A stretch of 61,771 nucleotides of DNA, counting the filler, from Sphacelaria rigidula (taxonomy: Eukaryota): the NCBI GenBank assembly GCA_964200075.2. It is 11 parts of 11 records of this genome, joined end to end, with 100 filler letters (N's around TTAATTAATTAA, not from the genome) between each part and the next. Parts side by side here need not be neighbours in the genome. Positions count along the whole stretch, not along the records: positions 33,751 to 39,275 come from CAXNAA020026631.1; positions 39,376 to 44,899 come from CAXNAA020026632.1; positions 45,000 to 50,523 come from CAXNAA020026633.1; 8 more parts are not named here. One strand, 5' to 3'. The notes below the pieces were generated by a model. It was given only the letters and a program-made list of their open reading frames with translations. It searched no databases and was not told where the DNA came from. Below, piece after piece: positions 35,703 to 46,651 of this stretch (position 1 is its first letter; each line of letters starts with the position of its first letter). The translations under genes and the position numbers were made by a program.

Positions 35703-36234
35703 GTAACTGAAAAGTACTGTGGGAGTATGTATTACTGTGAGGTTGTCGCCGTGAAAATAGCTCATGATTCTTCTCTATTTACACCAAGGATGACCAACCT
35801 GCCTTTTGCTCCAGGAACTCCTATGAAAAACGGGGCGAAACAATGTGAGATAAGGGGCACTAGTGTTTCGTCTTGCGGGGTCAAGACTCAGATTCGTCGC
35901 TCAACCATCCCCATCCGCTACACCTGCCGCTGCCCCCATTGTACCCTACCCCCTACCTGGTCGTGAAAACACACAAAATATCAGCACTTTGGTTTACCGA
36001 TCTTCGAAAATAAATAATGCAGCGAAGACCAGCGAGCATCCACACAAGCACAGCACACAACTGCAAACAAGTACTTCGCATTGTAGTACGATCCTCACGA
36101 GCCGTAAATCATATATTTATATGTAAATGTTCATATATTTAAATGTAAATGCAATGAAATATTTGCGCAATACCTCCCATCATGGTACCCAATTTTTCCC
36201 GACGTACGTGTGTGTGCCTACCGTCCCGCGTAAC

Positions 36235-36295
<61 letters not shown>

Positions 36296-37755
36296 AACGC
36301 CANNAGGAAGGGGGTAAGGCCCATCCTCAGTAGTTTGTGCAGAGCATTCGCTGGTCTCCGCCCCCCCCCCCCCCCCCTCCACGGCCCCCGTCCTTTTCGC
36401 CTCCCTCCAGCCCGACATGTACAAACGCTGCCATGCACACAAACCATCACAATCAAAGCACCCACACACCCTTGCTCACGTACATTTCCACGCCAGCCTC
36501 TACTTCGGATGATGGTGAGGAACATGCACAATATGATGTGGATGGGAGACAAAAAGCTTCCTCCGCCTCTCCCTCTCCCTCTGCCCTCCCACTCGGCATC
36601 TCTTCTCTTGCTCATGAACGGCCAGCCGCATGCATCACGTACTGTTCTTTTCTCGACACTGTCTCGGTTTTCACGGATTTTTTTGCCTTGAAAAACGGGC
36701 CGAGAGCGTTAGGTAATATACACGAGAGAGTCTCCGGGATTACCCGGAAGCTATTCGGCAAAAAACACAACATGCTTCGAAGAGGAACGGGAGAAAGCAA
36801 GAGGAGGAAACAGGGAATAACAAAGACCGTAATCCTGCCGCAAACGATATCAAGACGTGGACTTGTCAGAAGGCCTCTGTTTGTCCAAGTCTACAAATGA
36901 TTGCCAGTATGCACTCCTTTTGCAACCACCACGATCAACGATCGAGACCCATATAAAAATAAGGATAAATAGGGTAACACAAAGAAAAACGCATGATGTC
37001 AATACTGATTCGGGAAGACAATAAGAGCCTTTACGAGAACGAACAAAAAGTGAGAAAAACAAAAAATAAATAAGGTGACGGTACGAGGGCCGTTTCAGCA
37101 TCGACCCCTCAAAGCCGCGAGAAAAATGCGAACCTCCCCCCGCCCATCCCGAACCGTATTGCGAAAAATCATGTGAAAAAATATCACCACGAGAACAACG
37201 ACAAAAAAAGCGAAAATACGTCCGTAGTCAGAATGAAGTCAATAAAACAAGCGTCTACAGCGAAGCAAAAACACAGGAGAGAACTCCGACTGAAATTCCG
37301 CATGAGAAAAAACGGGAATCACGGGAAAATGACCGACAAAGAAAATGTTCGCCAGGCACCTACTTGTACCGCAATATCGTAATGGGTCATGAAAGGTTTT
37401 CGCTCTCCATGCATCACTGCTGTCCCCATGATACGATACATGATACGATATGATACACGGTGCCAACTCGAGCACAGTAACGTCACATACATGCCATCAT
37501 GCTTCGCGCGCTTGTGCTGCTCCTGGCGGTCTAGCTACTTCGAATCGACGCTTCAAACGAAGCGGCAGCGTATGCCACGAAATTTGCGACATGTACTATT
37601 GTTTTCGTTCCCGCAGCGCCTTCGCGGATCTAAATAGGAAAAGTCATTTCACGGGACCACACCGCGACAGAGTGTATCTACAGTGTACAGCATAACGTGC
37701 ACCGGACCACCTCCCTGTAAACGGCGCAAAAACCAGGTGCGGGGTGCGGGAGGCC

Positions 37756-37858
37756 GTACTCATGTGTTGCTTGCCTTAGTCGTTCGACCATTGACCACGC
37801 ATCTCTTTCGAGACAGAGCACCGTCCCTACTCCTAATAGCCACCTTCAACATTCCGGC
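37756..37858 (-). mobile_element. LINE A 3' fragment with C-rich flanks
   Basis: Matches the LINE A tail; flanks read CCTCCGCCCCCC and CCTCCCGCACCCC on the - strand. Confidence 0.8.
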
Positions 37859-38638
37859 TGAGGGGGGCGGAGGTGCCTTCGGTCCGTTCTTTTTCGGACC
37901 TACCCGCGTCTCGGTGATCTTGTGTTTCAAGTGACACCATCAAAGCGGGGCAAACGTGGGTTCGTCTCCCGCCAGGTGCGTCTAGTTTGTCTTTTCTTCA
38001 TTCCCAGAAACATCTGAGTGCTGTCGTTGAAAGCGTCTCAGCACGTGAGAAGAAAATAATTTACCATTTGGTTGTGTTTGATAAACGACAATCGACGCCG
38101 TGCGGGATGTGTTGGTCATGATCCAGCCCACGATACCTAAATGGAAGTCGTGTACCGGTGGAGAGATGGGTCAATCCCGTATGACGACGGACTCGCGCCG
38201 AGGAAGGAGATCTAGAAGTGGGGGAAAAAATAAGGAAGCGCCACGGCCTCGTAGATTCAAGTGTCCCGTTTATCAAGTAACAGCAGCTACATGCCCGCCC
38301 CAAAAACCCCGCTCAAATTTCGCGCGGTCTCACCAGTGTCGCTGACTGTTGTCGCTGGCGCCGTCATGAGTTTGACTCCACCGTGAAATAGAAGAAAAAG
38401 AAATAGGAGAGAAGAGGAAGTACTCCAACCAACGAGCAGTGAAAAATCACGCTCAAGTCAAGAGAAGAATACAAAAGAGGAGAAACATGACAACCATTGT
38501 AATGAGAAAAAACAACCATCACCCTTGGGGGAAAAGAGACAGAAGAAAAAAGATGAGAACAAACTGAAAGGAAACAAGGGAAAATACAATAAAACATGCA
38601 ACACATCAACAACAAAAAACCACGAAGCGACCGACTCT

Positions 38639-38770
38639 CTACGGCGTCTTGATCGCCAGGCTGAGGACCTTGTCATCGAGCAAATGGAATGACTTCAGCA
38701 CCTTACGCCCGCTCTTGACCTGCAAGTTTTCTCCAGTCTCGTCTAGCAAGAAGACGCACTTTGGGCACTC
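38639..38770 (-). CDS. Possible exon of an unidentified gene (ECPKCVFLLDETGENLQVKSGRKVLKSFHLLDDKVLSLAIKTP)
   Basis: CAG acceptor at 38771-3 and coding-like GC3 bias; no recognised family. Confidence 0.35.
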   Translation of the reverse strand, partial: ECPKCVFLLDETGENLQVKSGRKVLKSFHLLDDKVLSLAIKTP

Positions 38771-38812
38771 CTGCTCATGTACACACATGTAGGGGTCGGG
38801 GGGGGGCGGAGG

Positions 38813-39170
38813 GTACTCCTTTGCTGCTTGTCTTGTCGCTTGACCATTGGCCACACATCCCTCTCGAGACGGAGCACCGTGGGGGGTGGGGGTGTACTCA
38901 TGATCTTGCATGCGATAGTAACATGGCCTTTGACCTCGAATCCCCACAAAGCCGGGACGGAGCACGCCGATTTTTCGCCGCATCAGGCTCGAAATCAATC
39001 ACCAAGCGCGAACCCCCGTGATCTGTTCGGCGAGTCGCATGAAGGATAAGCTGCATCCTGCTAAGATCGTTCGGCTCGAAGCGTACTGATTATCTTGCAT
39101 TTGGATGACAACCTCCAATGAGTTATTTCATCTCCTGGTTACTTAAGTTTCTGGCATCGCCACTTTCAGA
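38813..39170 (-). mobile_element. Repeat B 3' part (38894-39170) with a LINE A fragment (38813-38880) inserted in its C-tract
   Basis: B matches 52154-52400; the A tail follows directly after B's CCCCCACCCCCC. Confidence 0.8.
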
Positions 39171-39375
39171 GACAACCAGGTTTCTTGCTTTGCTCCCCCC
39201 CCCCCAGGGGGGAATGCGAGACGTGAACAAAGGTGACATGAAATCGTTTGATGCATTAGACAGTAGGGAGAAAACNNNNNNNNNNNNNNNNNNNNNNNNN
39301 NNNNNNNNNNNNNNNNNNNTTAATTAATTAANNNNNNNNNNNNNNNNNNNNNNNNNNNNNNNNNNNNNNNNNNNN

Positions 39376-39785
39376 CAGGAAGCGAACAGTTTATCCATTG
39401 AACAAGTGAGCGCTCACTTGTAGCTCAATGGTAAACTGTTCGCTTCTTGAATAAAAGATGCCCGGATCGAGTCCTGGTATGATCCTTTGTGGAAGGAATG
39501 AGTTTGACATGTGGATAGTGAGCGCTCACTGGTTCAATGGAGAAACTGTTCGCTTCCTGAACAAAAGATATGCTGCGTGGTCCATCCCGGCATGACACAT
39601 CAGGGATCTCCGGGGTCTCTTGCCCCTCGCAAGCCGCACTGTCCACATGTCAAACTCATGCCTTCCACAATCGATCATGCCGGGCTCCGAACCCCATATC
39701 TTTTGTTCAGGAAGCGAACAGTTTATCCATTGAACTAGTGAGCGCTCACTGGTTCAATGGATAAACTGTTCGCTTCCTGAACAGC
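39376..39785. repeat. Array of tRNA-like ~110-bp units in tandem and head-to-head orientation
   Basis: Unit GCGCTCACTGGTTCAATGGATAAACTGTTCGCTTCCTGAACAAAAGATATGGGGTTCG…; palindromes centred on GTGAGCGCTCAC at ~39412 and ~39743. Confidence 0.8.
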
Positions 39786-40870
39786 CCGTGCGCGCGATTC
39801 GCACCCACGATGTCAGCAATGACCCACGTTTTGCAACATTGTGACTGACGACCTAAAATCGGACTAATCGCGTGTGTGTACCTAGCAGCCCAAGTCAACA
39901 GGAGAAGTCAGCCCCCGATCATGCCATTTTCCAGCACGCCGCAGTACTTAATCCTCTTCCCGTGCTGTGTCCGTGTAACAGGATTGGCACAAGGAAGCCG
40001 CGCCGAGACAGCCTCGAACAGGCCTGCCCGGCGACGATCTCCTTCGGACGCGACAGCATACTCCGACATACTCAACCATCACCAAACGAGACGAAGACTA
40101 AACTCGACTACACGGACCCATCGAATCACAAGCGCTCCCCCCTGGACAACTCCATTGAATGCGCGAACACCGATAAGTGCCGCACAGAAGCGGTGCACTA
40201 CATGCTGGGAACTCAAGAAGATCTGTACGGCCAGGTCTCCGCAGAACTCGCGTCAGCGGTGAGGTCTCGCGTCACAAGTACATGGTTCGCGGTAGGAATG
40301 CATGGCATACATGTTGTGAAGAGCGCCACCCCCGAATTCGGCGGCGTCATGATATTTTTGCATTATGTGGTGGTTCCCCCGAGCACTATAGTGTTACGCG
40401 CTGCACTTGTCCGATTTCGGGCCTTTCTTGCGTACCACTAGTGGAAAGGACGAGTGAGTGCCAGCGTCGGTAGCATTTGGAATGATGCTGCGAGAGGGAT
40501 GCCGAGGAAAAATGCGGAAATCAGACGTGTTCTGATCCCTCTATCGCATCGACAACACAGCTCTTGCGATAGGTAAGAGCACACCAGGATTGGTCGTCGA
40601 AAATGGCAGGGATGTCCCAATGAAATTACAAAGAGGGGATCCCTCACTCGTATGGTTGTGCATGTCGAATATTCAGGAGCCCCACAATAACACCGGGATT
40701 TGCCCCAAAAGTGAAGCCCTAGCCGAGTGATGCCGAGATAGGGTCATCACTTTTGGGCCCGAAACCGGTCTGATCCACGGGGTTCCAAAAGGTACGAACT
40801 ACACACGAAAATGGGTGAGGATATCTCTGCTTGCAAATTCATCCAAGATATCCCTAGAAAATTGGAAAAA

Positions 40871-41078
40871 AAAAACTGGTGTACTCGCACCTCTTGCGAA
40901 AGTCGTGTTTTGGATGAGATGAAGGGTTCCTAACAATTCTAATGTAAGACCGTTTTTGTTGCTGACCCTATCGCAAAAACTGGTGTACTCGCACCTCTTG
41001 CGAAAGTCGTGTTTTGGATGAGATGAAGGGTTCCTAACAATTCTAATGTAAGACCGTTTTTGTTGCTGACCCTATCGC
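40871..41078. repeat. Perfect 104-bp tandem duplication
   Basis: AAAAACTGGTGTACTCGCAC…CCCTATCGC appears twice with no visible mismatch. Confidence 0.95.
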
Positions 41079-42104
41079 AGCATATATCTGTTGTAGACAT
41101 GAAATAACAGTGCCGACGTTAGTGTAAGTTGTTGTTGCCGGGTGATACAAGTAGATATGGGGTTCAGGAGGAGAGTCCTCCTGACCGTGAACCTCGGGAT
41201 TTCGGCTCTGGTGCAAGAAGTAGGTTGAATGAAAAGGAGATGGTGCTCTACGTGTCTGAACAAATACGAACGAGACAGGCTTCATCGACAGAAGATAGCC
41301 AAGTCTCTGAAGCTGGCCTGAAACGTGGCAGGACCCCCGATGGCGGTTCAGCCCGTAAGTTGCTCGATACTGAGCACGGCAGATATGTGTGTTGAACAAT
41401 GCGAAGCGGATATGAGCAACCCGATATCCCCATCTTCATGAGCGATGAGAAGCGAAAGACCCCATGAACAACGCAAATGACGATAATTTACCCAAGCCCG
41501 ACTACCGCAGAGCCTCGAGCCACATACCAAAGAAACATGTCCATTGTGATGGGCGCCTAAAAACAGATGCACCCTGTCTATTTGGCGGCAGGACATCACA
41601 AACAAGCCCGAGATGCACCGCTAACACGAGGAGAACGTTCTTCCCATGAACGCGAAGACCTCCTTGTATCGCCATCGTGCACGGGGGTCTTCAACGCCAA
41701 AGTAGTTGATGATGCCGGCGCCGTGGACGCATCAGCATTCACCGCCCGTAGGAGGGGGGTCATTGCATGCCCACCGCGACACGTGGGATATACGTTAAGC
41801 GTAGAGTTCCAAGCGCGAAGAAGTGAAGATATTCGATAAATAAAGAGCGGATGATCGACGAAGTCAGATCACGCGACTTCGCCGAAATCGCGATCTTCCA
41901 TGCTGGATTTTGGCGGATCCTGTGGTAAAAACATGCAGTGAAGTCGAATCTGTTTCAAAAAGAGTAGATCCCTGGGTCAGGGATTTTTATTGTCGTTTGA
42001 TTCGGCCATTTGAGGGCATCACTTGTCCATCTGTCTGCTTTTTCTCCACGAATGTAGTGAAGACGTAAGCCGAGCTGGAAAAGTAGTTCGAGTTGAAAAC
42101 AATC

Positions 42105-42600
42105 CACAGGCACCGTAGGTAACGTAGGTACCCCGTACCGGTATTTCGGACATCTCATACCCTACCGATACCGGTCGAATCCGGTGTTTTGAAATGTCAT
42201 ACCTACGATACCACGGTATTTTGATATTTCAACACCTACCGTACCCGCCCTGCGCGGTATTTTGAAATATCATACGTACGGCACCTACGATACCACTGTA
42301 TGTCGAGACTCAAATACCTACCGCACCCGCCCAATCCGGTATTCTCAACACTCATACCTACGATACCTACGATAGCAGGGTATCTTGAGAGTTCAATACC
42401 TACTGTACGGGCCCAGTCCGATTTTCTCAAAACTCGTACATGCGATACCTACGACCACAGGGTCTTTCAATATTTCAATACCTACCGTACCGGCCCAACC
42501 CAGTGTTTTCAAATGTCATACCTACGATAGCTCCGCATACCACGGCATACCTACGCCACCTACAATACCAGGGTATTTGGCGATTTGAATCCTACCTTTG
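42105..42600. repeat. Block of degenerate subrepeats (CATACCTACGATA / TACCTACCGTAC), transposon-subterminal-like
   Basis: The motif recurs many times across ~500 bp. Confidence 0.65.
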
Positions 42601-42950
42601 GGCCATTTGTTGCTCGAAATTTCGAGTCAGATCGTCCTCGAAAGCAGCAACGGTTGTCCGAACAAGCTTGNNNNNNNNNNATGTCTGACACACTTATGAG
42701 CTTCATTTTTCGTGCAACCAAATACCCCCCCCCCTATCGTAGGATGACTCCCCGTGTCCCGTTTCGCCGCGCCACACACCTCCCTCCCCCTCACCTCCCC
42801 ACACCGCTGCACCCCTCAAACAGTTCGACAGAGGTGATGTCGAGAGGAAGACCATATCACCGGCGTCGTTCGGCAAGCTCATCCCATTCAACATCAGACA
42901 ACAATCAATACGCACATGCCTCTGCGTTCATTGTCTCCAAGGAAAACTAG

Positions 42951-44700
42951 CTATGAAGGCACTCGTCCGCAATTGGCTGTCCTTACACGAGGGCGACACT
43001 CCGGGATCTCCTTGCGATTGCACATGCAACCTGTGCAAGAATGGCGCGTGCACGGACTTCCTTGGATGCACATCGGAGAAGGATGTGGTGGGTATCGGAC
43101 GTTTGTGTGATAGGCTCCTATGCGAGAAGGTGGCAATATACTGCACAGACAAAGGCCACGAAGTTGCCGCGCACAGAGATGCATGCGAAATAGGTGGGTG
43201 TCACAAATGCCAACGGAAGAAGGACATGTTTTTTGGATGCCCGAAACACAGCAATGGCGATGAAGCGGAAGGGGTCGGCCGAGACGGATCACACGTACGA
43301 GATAAGATATGCCAATGGGAAGCGTTTGCGCGAGTCGATGAAGATGGGAACGATGCTGAACTGTCGCCTAACATCGTCGGGGGGGTGCTCATCACGTGCC
43401 CGGCGGTACCGCGAAGAGGAGGATGGCGACTCCGAGTATACCCCAACGGGTGGTAGCGTGAATAAGCGAAGGAAGGTACGCGAATCTAACATGCACATGT
43501 GAAGAGCGCAGTGTACCACTCGAGAAATAGACTTGGGTTTAGTTGTGGAAGGTTTCAGACATTTGCGCGCCAATCGATAGAACACACCCGCGTCAGTAGT
43601 GCGGCCCGCACTTTCATGTGGGATACGCGCGTGCATTGGCCCAGGCTTTGGGCCGGCGACCACTGTGACCCTCGCAAACCCTTTCGGGTAGTGAGTTGAT
43701 GGACATATGGATTGTGATGGCCGATGACCGCTGACACACGCCGGGAGGTTTGGTCCGCGCTCACAGACCCGGACGCCGATCCTGTATCGATCATACTGTT
43801 CAATCAAGAAGCGAGCGCGTTCATGATACGAAGTTGCATACACCCCCGAGTGACGTCCCCGAAGCTACTACGCACATCACTGTCGCCTACCCGCCTCCCT
43901 CGCTGTCCCTAAGAAGGCGTGGATGACGTTTCCACATACCGCGGCGAAAGCACGAAGTTGCCACAGAATTTACTGTGAAATTCTGCGAAAAACTGGGTTC
44001 GAGACCGCCGCAGTGCTTTCCGTACACATTAAGCTACAATACCCCATCACTTCTTGGTCGGCCTAATGCCCCTCGATTGAAGGGACACTTTTCCGGAACA
44101 CTTTGCCGGCTGAGCGAGCTAACAGCGCCGGAGAAAAAGCGGAATCTTCCCTTTTTTCCAGCGAGGGGGGGGGTGTGTGCGGTGGGTGGGGGGGAGGGGG
44201 GGGGTGATATCAGGGCGTATGATTTTTCATCCTTTTAGTACTGACTGTAAGCAACCACAGCCGGAAAGAATGGCTGAAAACGTATTAACGCGATCGTTTT
44301 CACTGAGGCAACGAAAAAGTCATTGGACACTATCGCTGAAAGTGTATGGGAAGCACTGTGTTGGGCGCGAACGTCGACTGTACGGCGAACGTCACCCTAC
44401 AGAATATTGTGATACGGTGCACGCACACATATGCATGAACCAACAGGTGCCCAGCGTGCGCTGATCCCATTCCACCTTCGACGCCCTCCAAAACCGTGTG
44501 AACCGGCGCATGTATTTCATCTTCCAGGTTGTCGTGTCTCGTCGAGGCATGCCGCACCTGCTTTTCAAGGAAGTGCGCGAGATCGTCGCTAAGGCATTTC
44601 GTCACCGTCGCCAGTATAAGATACAGAGAGCAGCGTACAACCAGACAATCGCGACACTAGAAGATGGCCACGTATTGATGGTTGCAGACTTCCAGGAGAG
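42951..44700 (+). mobile_element. Spliced Sola2-like DDD transposase fragment, exons 42951-43475 and 44528-44700; +1 frameshift in G7 at 43379-43385
   Basis: Cys-rich N-terminal region (LLCEK…CEIGGCHKC…CQW) followed by FRHRRQYKIQRAAYNQTIATLEDGHVLMVADFQE. This matches the H-x5-Q…L…DF(S/A)EN first-catalytic-Asp pattern I associate with Sola2. AG/GT boundaries with a phase-0 join. Confidence 0.65.
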
Positions 44701-45244
44701 GTGAGCATATTTTGGGTTGCAGATATTGTAAATAATATAACTCCTTCATTTTTTTGTCGTGGGTGCAAAAAAAAACCTTTCCCGGTGGGTGATAACAAAA
44801 AAAAAGAAATGACGTATAAATGAATGCAAGGGGCCTTACAGACTGGAAACCGGTTTATACCCCCCCCCCCCCCCTCAGGGGTGGTCGAGAATGAGGAAAN
44901 NNNNNNNNNNNNNNNNNNNNNNNNNNNNNNNNNNNNNNNNNNNTTAATTAATTAANNNNNNNNNNNNNNNNNNNNNNNNNNNNNNNNNNNNNNNNNNNNA
45001 CAACAAAATATACATCCCATACAAGTCAAATCAACGCAAAAAAAAACGCAAGAGCCCAAAAACAATCGGTAACCTGGTTGCCTAGCTTACGTAGTGAGTG
45101 GCGTGTTTTACAGCGTCATCGCCAAGCGACGCCAAGGAGGGGGGGGTGTACTCATGATCATGCTTGCCATAGCCAAGGAAGGGGGGGGGGGGGATTGGTT
45201 GGCATACTAGATCATACTGGAAATACCTCGTTCACACTTGTCTG

Positions 45245-45470
45245 TATGTGTTGTCGTCCCGTCTGTTCTGGACGCCGGTCTACACCTTTCGGTACATGTG
45301 GGTGCATCAGCCGGGGTCACACAGGAGGAAGGTCAATACAGGAGTTTTTCGTTTTTTTGTTTGTTTTTGGCACTCCACCTTCATTTCGCGATGCTTGCCT
45401 TTATTTTTTATCGCGAGATGGGTTCAGCAGTCCCTTTCACTCGTCGTCCGTTGAGTCGAATTTTGTCCAA
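45245..45470 (+). repeat. Dispersed repeat, second copy 50782-50995
   Basis: TTCTGGACGCC(G/A)GTCTACACCTTTCGGT…ATCGCGAGA…GTCGAATTTTGT shared. Confidence 0.85.
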
Positions 45471-46651
45471 ATGTCCGAATTTCAGGCGGTGTAAATATAT
45501 ACCCTACAGAAAACGACCTTGCAACTTATGACGCGTATTCTGATACAAAATCGGACAATACTTCACTCGTCGTGGGGTTGGTTACCCAGCCTATGTTTTG
45601 TGTTAGTGGTCCTCCTCTGGAGTATGATTGTTCTGCATCAGCAGACGGACGGGGATCTCAATGCTGTCTCGGAATGCCTGCCGTACGTCTTGTTTTTTGT
45701 TTTGTTGATTTTTTTCTTCAGTAAGGTATACCCGGAAGTGAGGGAGGTTCGGTTGGCATACTATACCGTACCGAAATCTGTACCGAATATTTCACATGTC
45801 GGACAGATCATAATCTGATTGATGATTGATTGATTGATTGATTGATTGTCGCACTTCAACTGACCACCCAGGGGTCCAGCCGTGGTCGCATCATAGACGT
45901 ATCCAAGAAAAGCAAAACTGAAACACTCGCTCAAGAAAAGAATGAACAGAAAAAAGTCGAACAGAACGACATTAATAGTAGTCTAAGGAACCAATGAAAA
46001 TCAACTAAAGCAATGATCTGTCTGGAAGTAAACCAACTAATCAAAGAAGAATCTCGAATCCGTTGATGAAAAAAAAAAAAACATGTGACCGCGGAGTCAG
46101 AAAAAGCCGAAGCGCAAATTTTGCGCTACTCGGCGTGATCGGCGTCCAGCGCGGTAAGGAGAAAACAGGGGAAAGTAGGGTCAGATGATGCGGATCATGA
46201 TACGGATTAGCATACTGAGAAAAAGTAATTTTCAAACGGATCATGGCATGTCTGACGTGTGGAATATTCCGGTGTGATTCGGCAAAGTATCGAGCCCTGC
46301 TCCGAACACTCCGTTATGGTTCTGAAGAGTATTTACTGATATTATATGTCCTACTTTTATACCGGTGCAAATGCCCGAATTTTAGCCGGTGTGCCCTACA
46401 GAACATAATCTCCAAAAAAATTGCAACATTTTGGCCATGCGCTCAGAATTGGGGGACACGACTCTAGACGCTTGAGGACCGGTAGAAAATTTGGCACGAG
46501 AAGTAAAACGGGACATGTCGTGTTTCGTTTTACAACAGCACACACACAGACGGGTCTCTCATGTGCTGCACCTTATTATTTTTTGCTTTGTTTTTTTGTT
46601 CGTTTTTTTTCTTGTCTGTGAATACTTCTGCCGTGTGCGTTGCGCTTGCAG

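Noticed and set aside
36237..36640. Poly-Pro/poly-Gly ORFs
   Set aside because: They derive from long C homopolymers of uncertain length next to Ns.
39376..39785. CRISPR array or functional tRNA genes
   Set aside because: No unique spacers, mixed orientation, eukaryotic context, no cas genes and no complete acceptor stem.
39872..41839. 189-aa and neighbouring ORFs
   Set aside because: No recognisable motifs or splice structure; they may be decayed mobile sequence.
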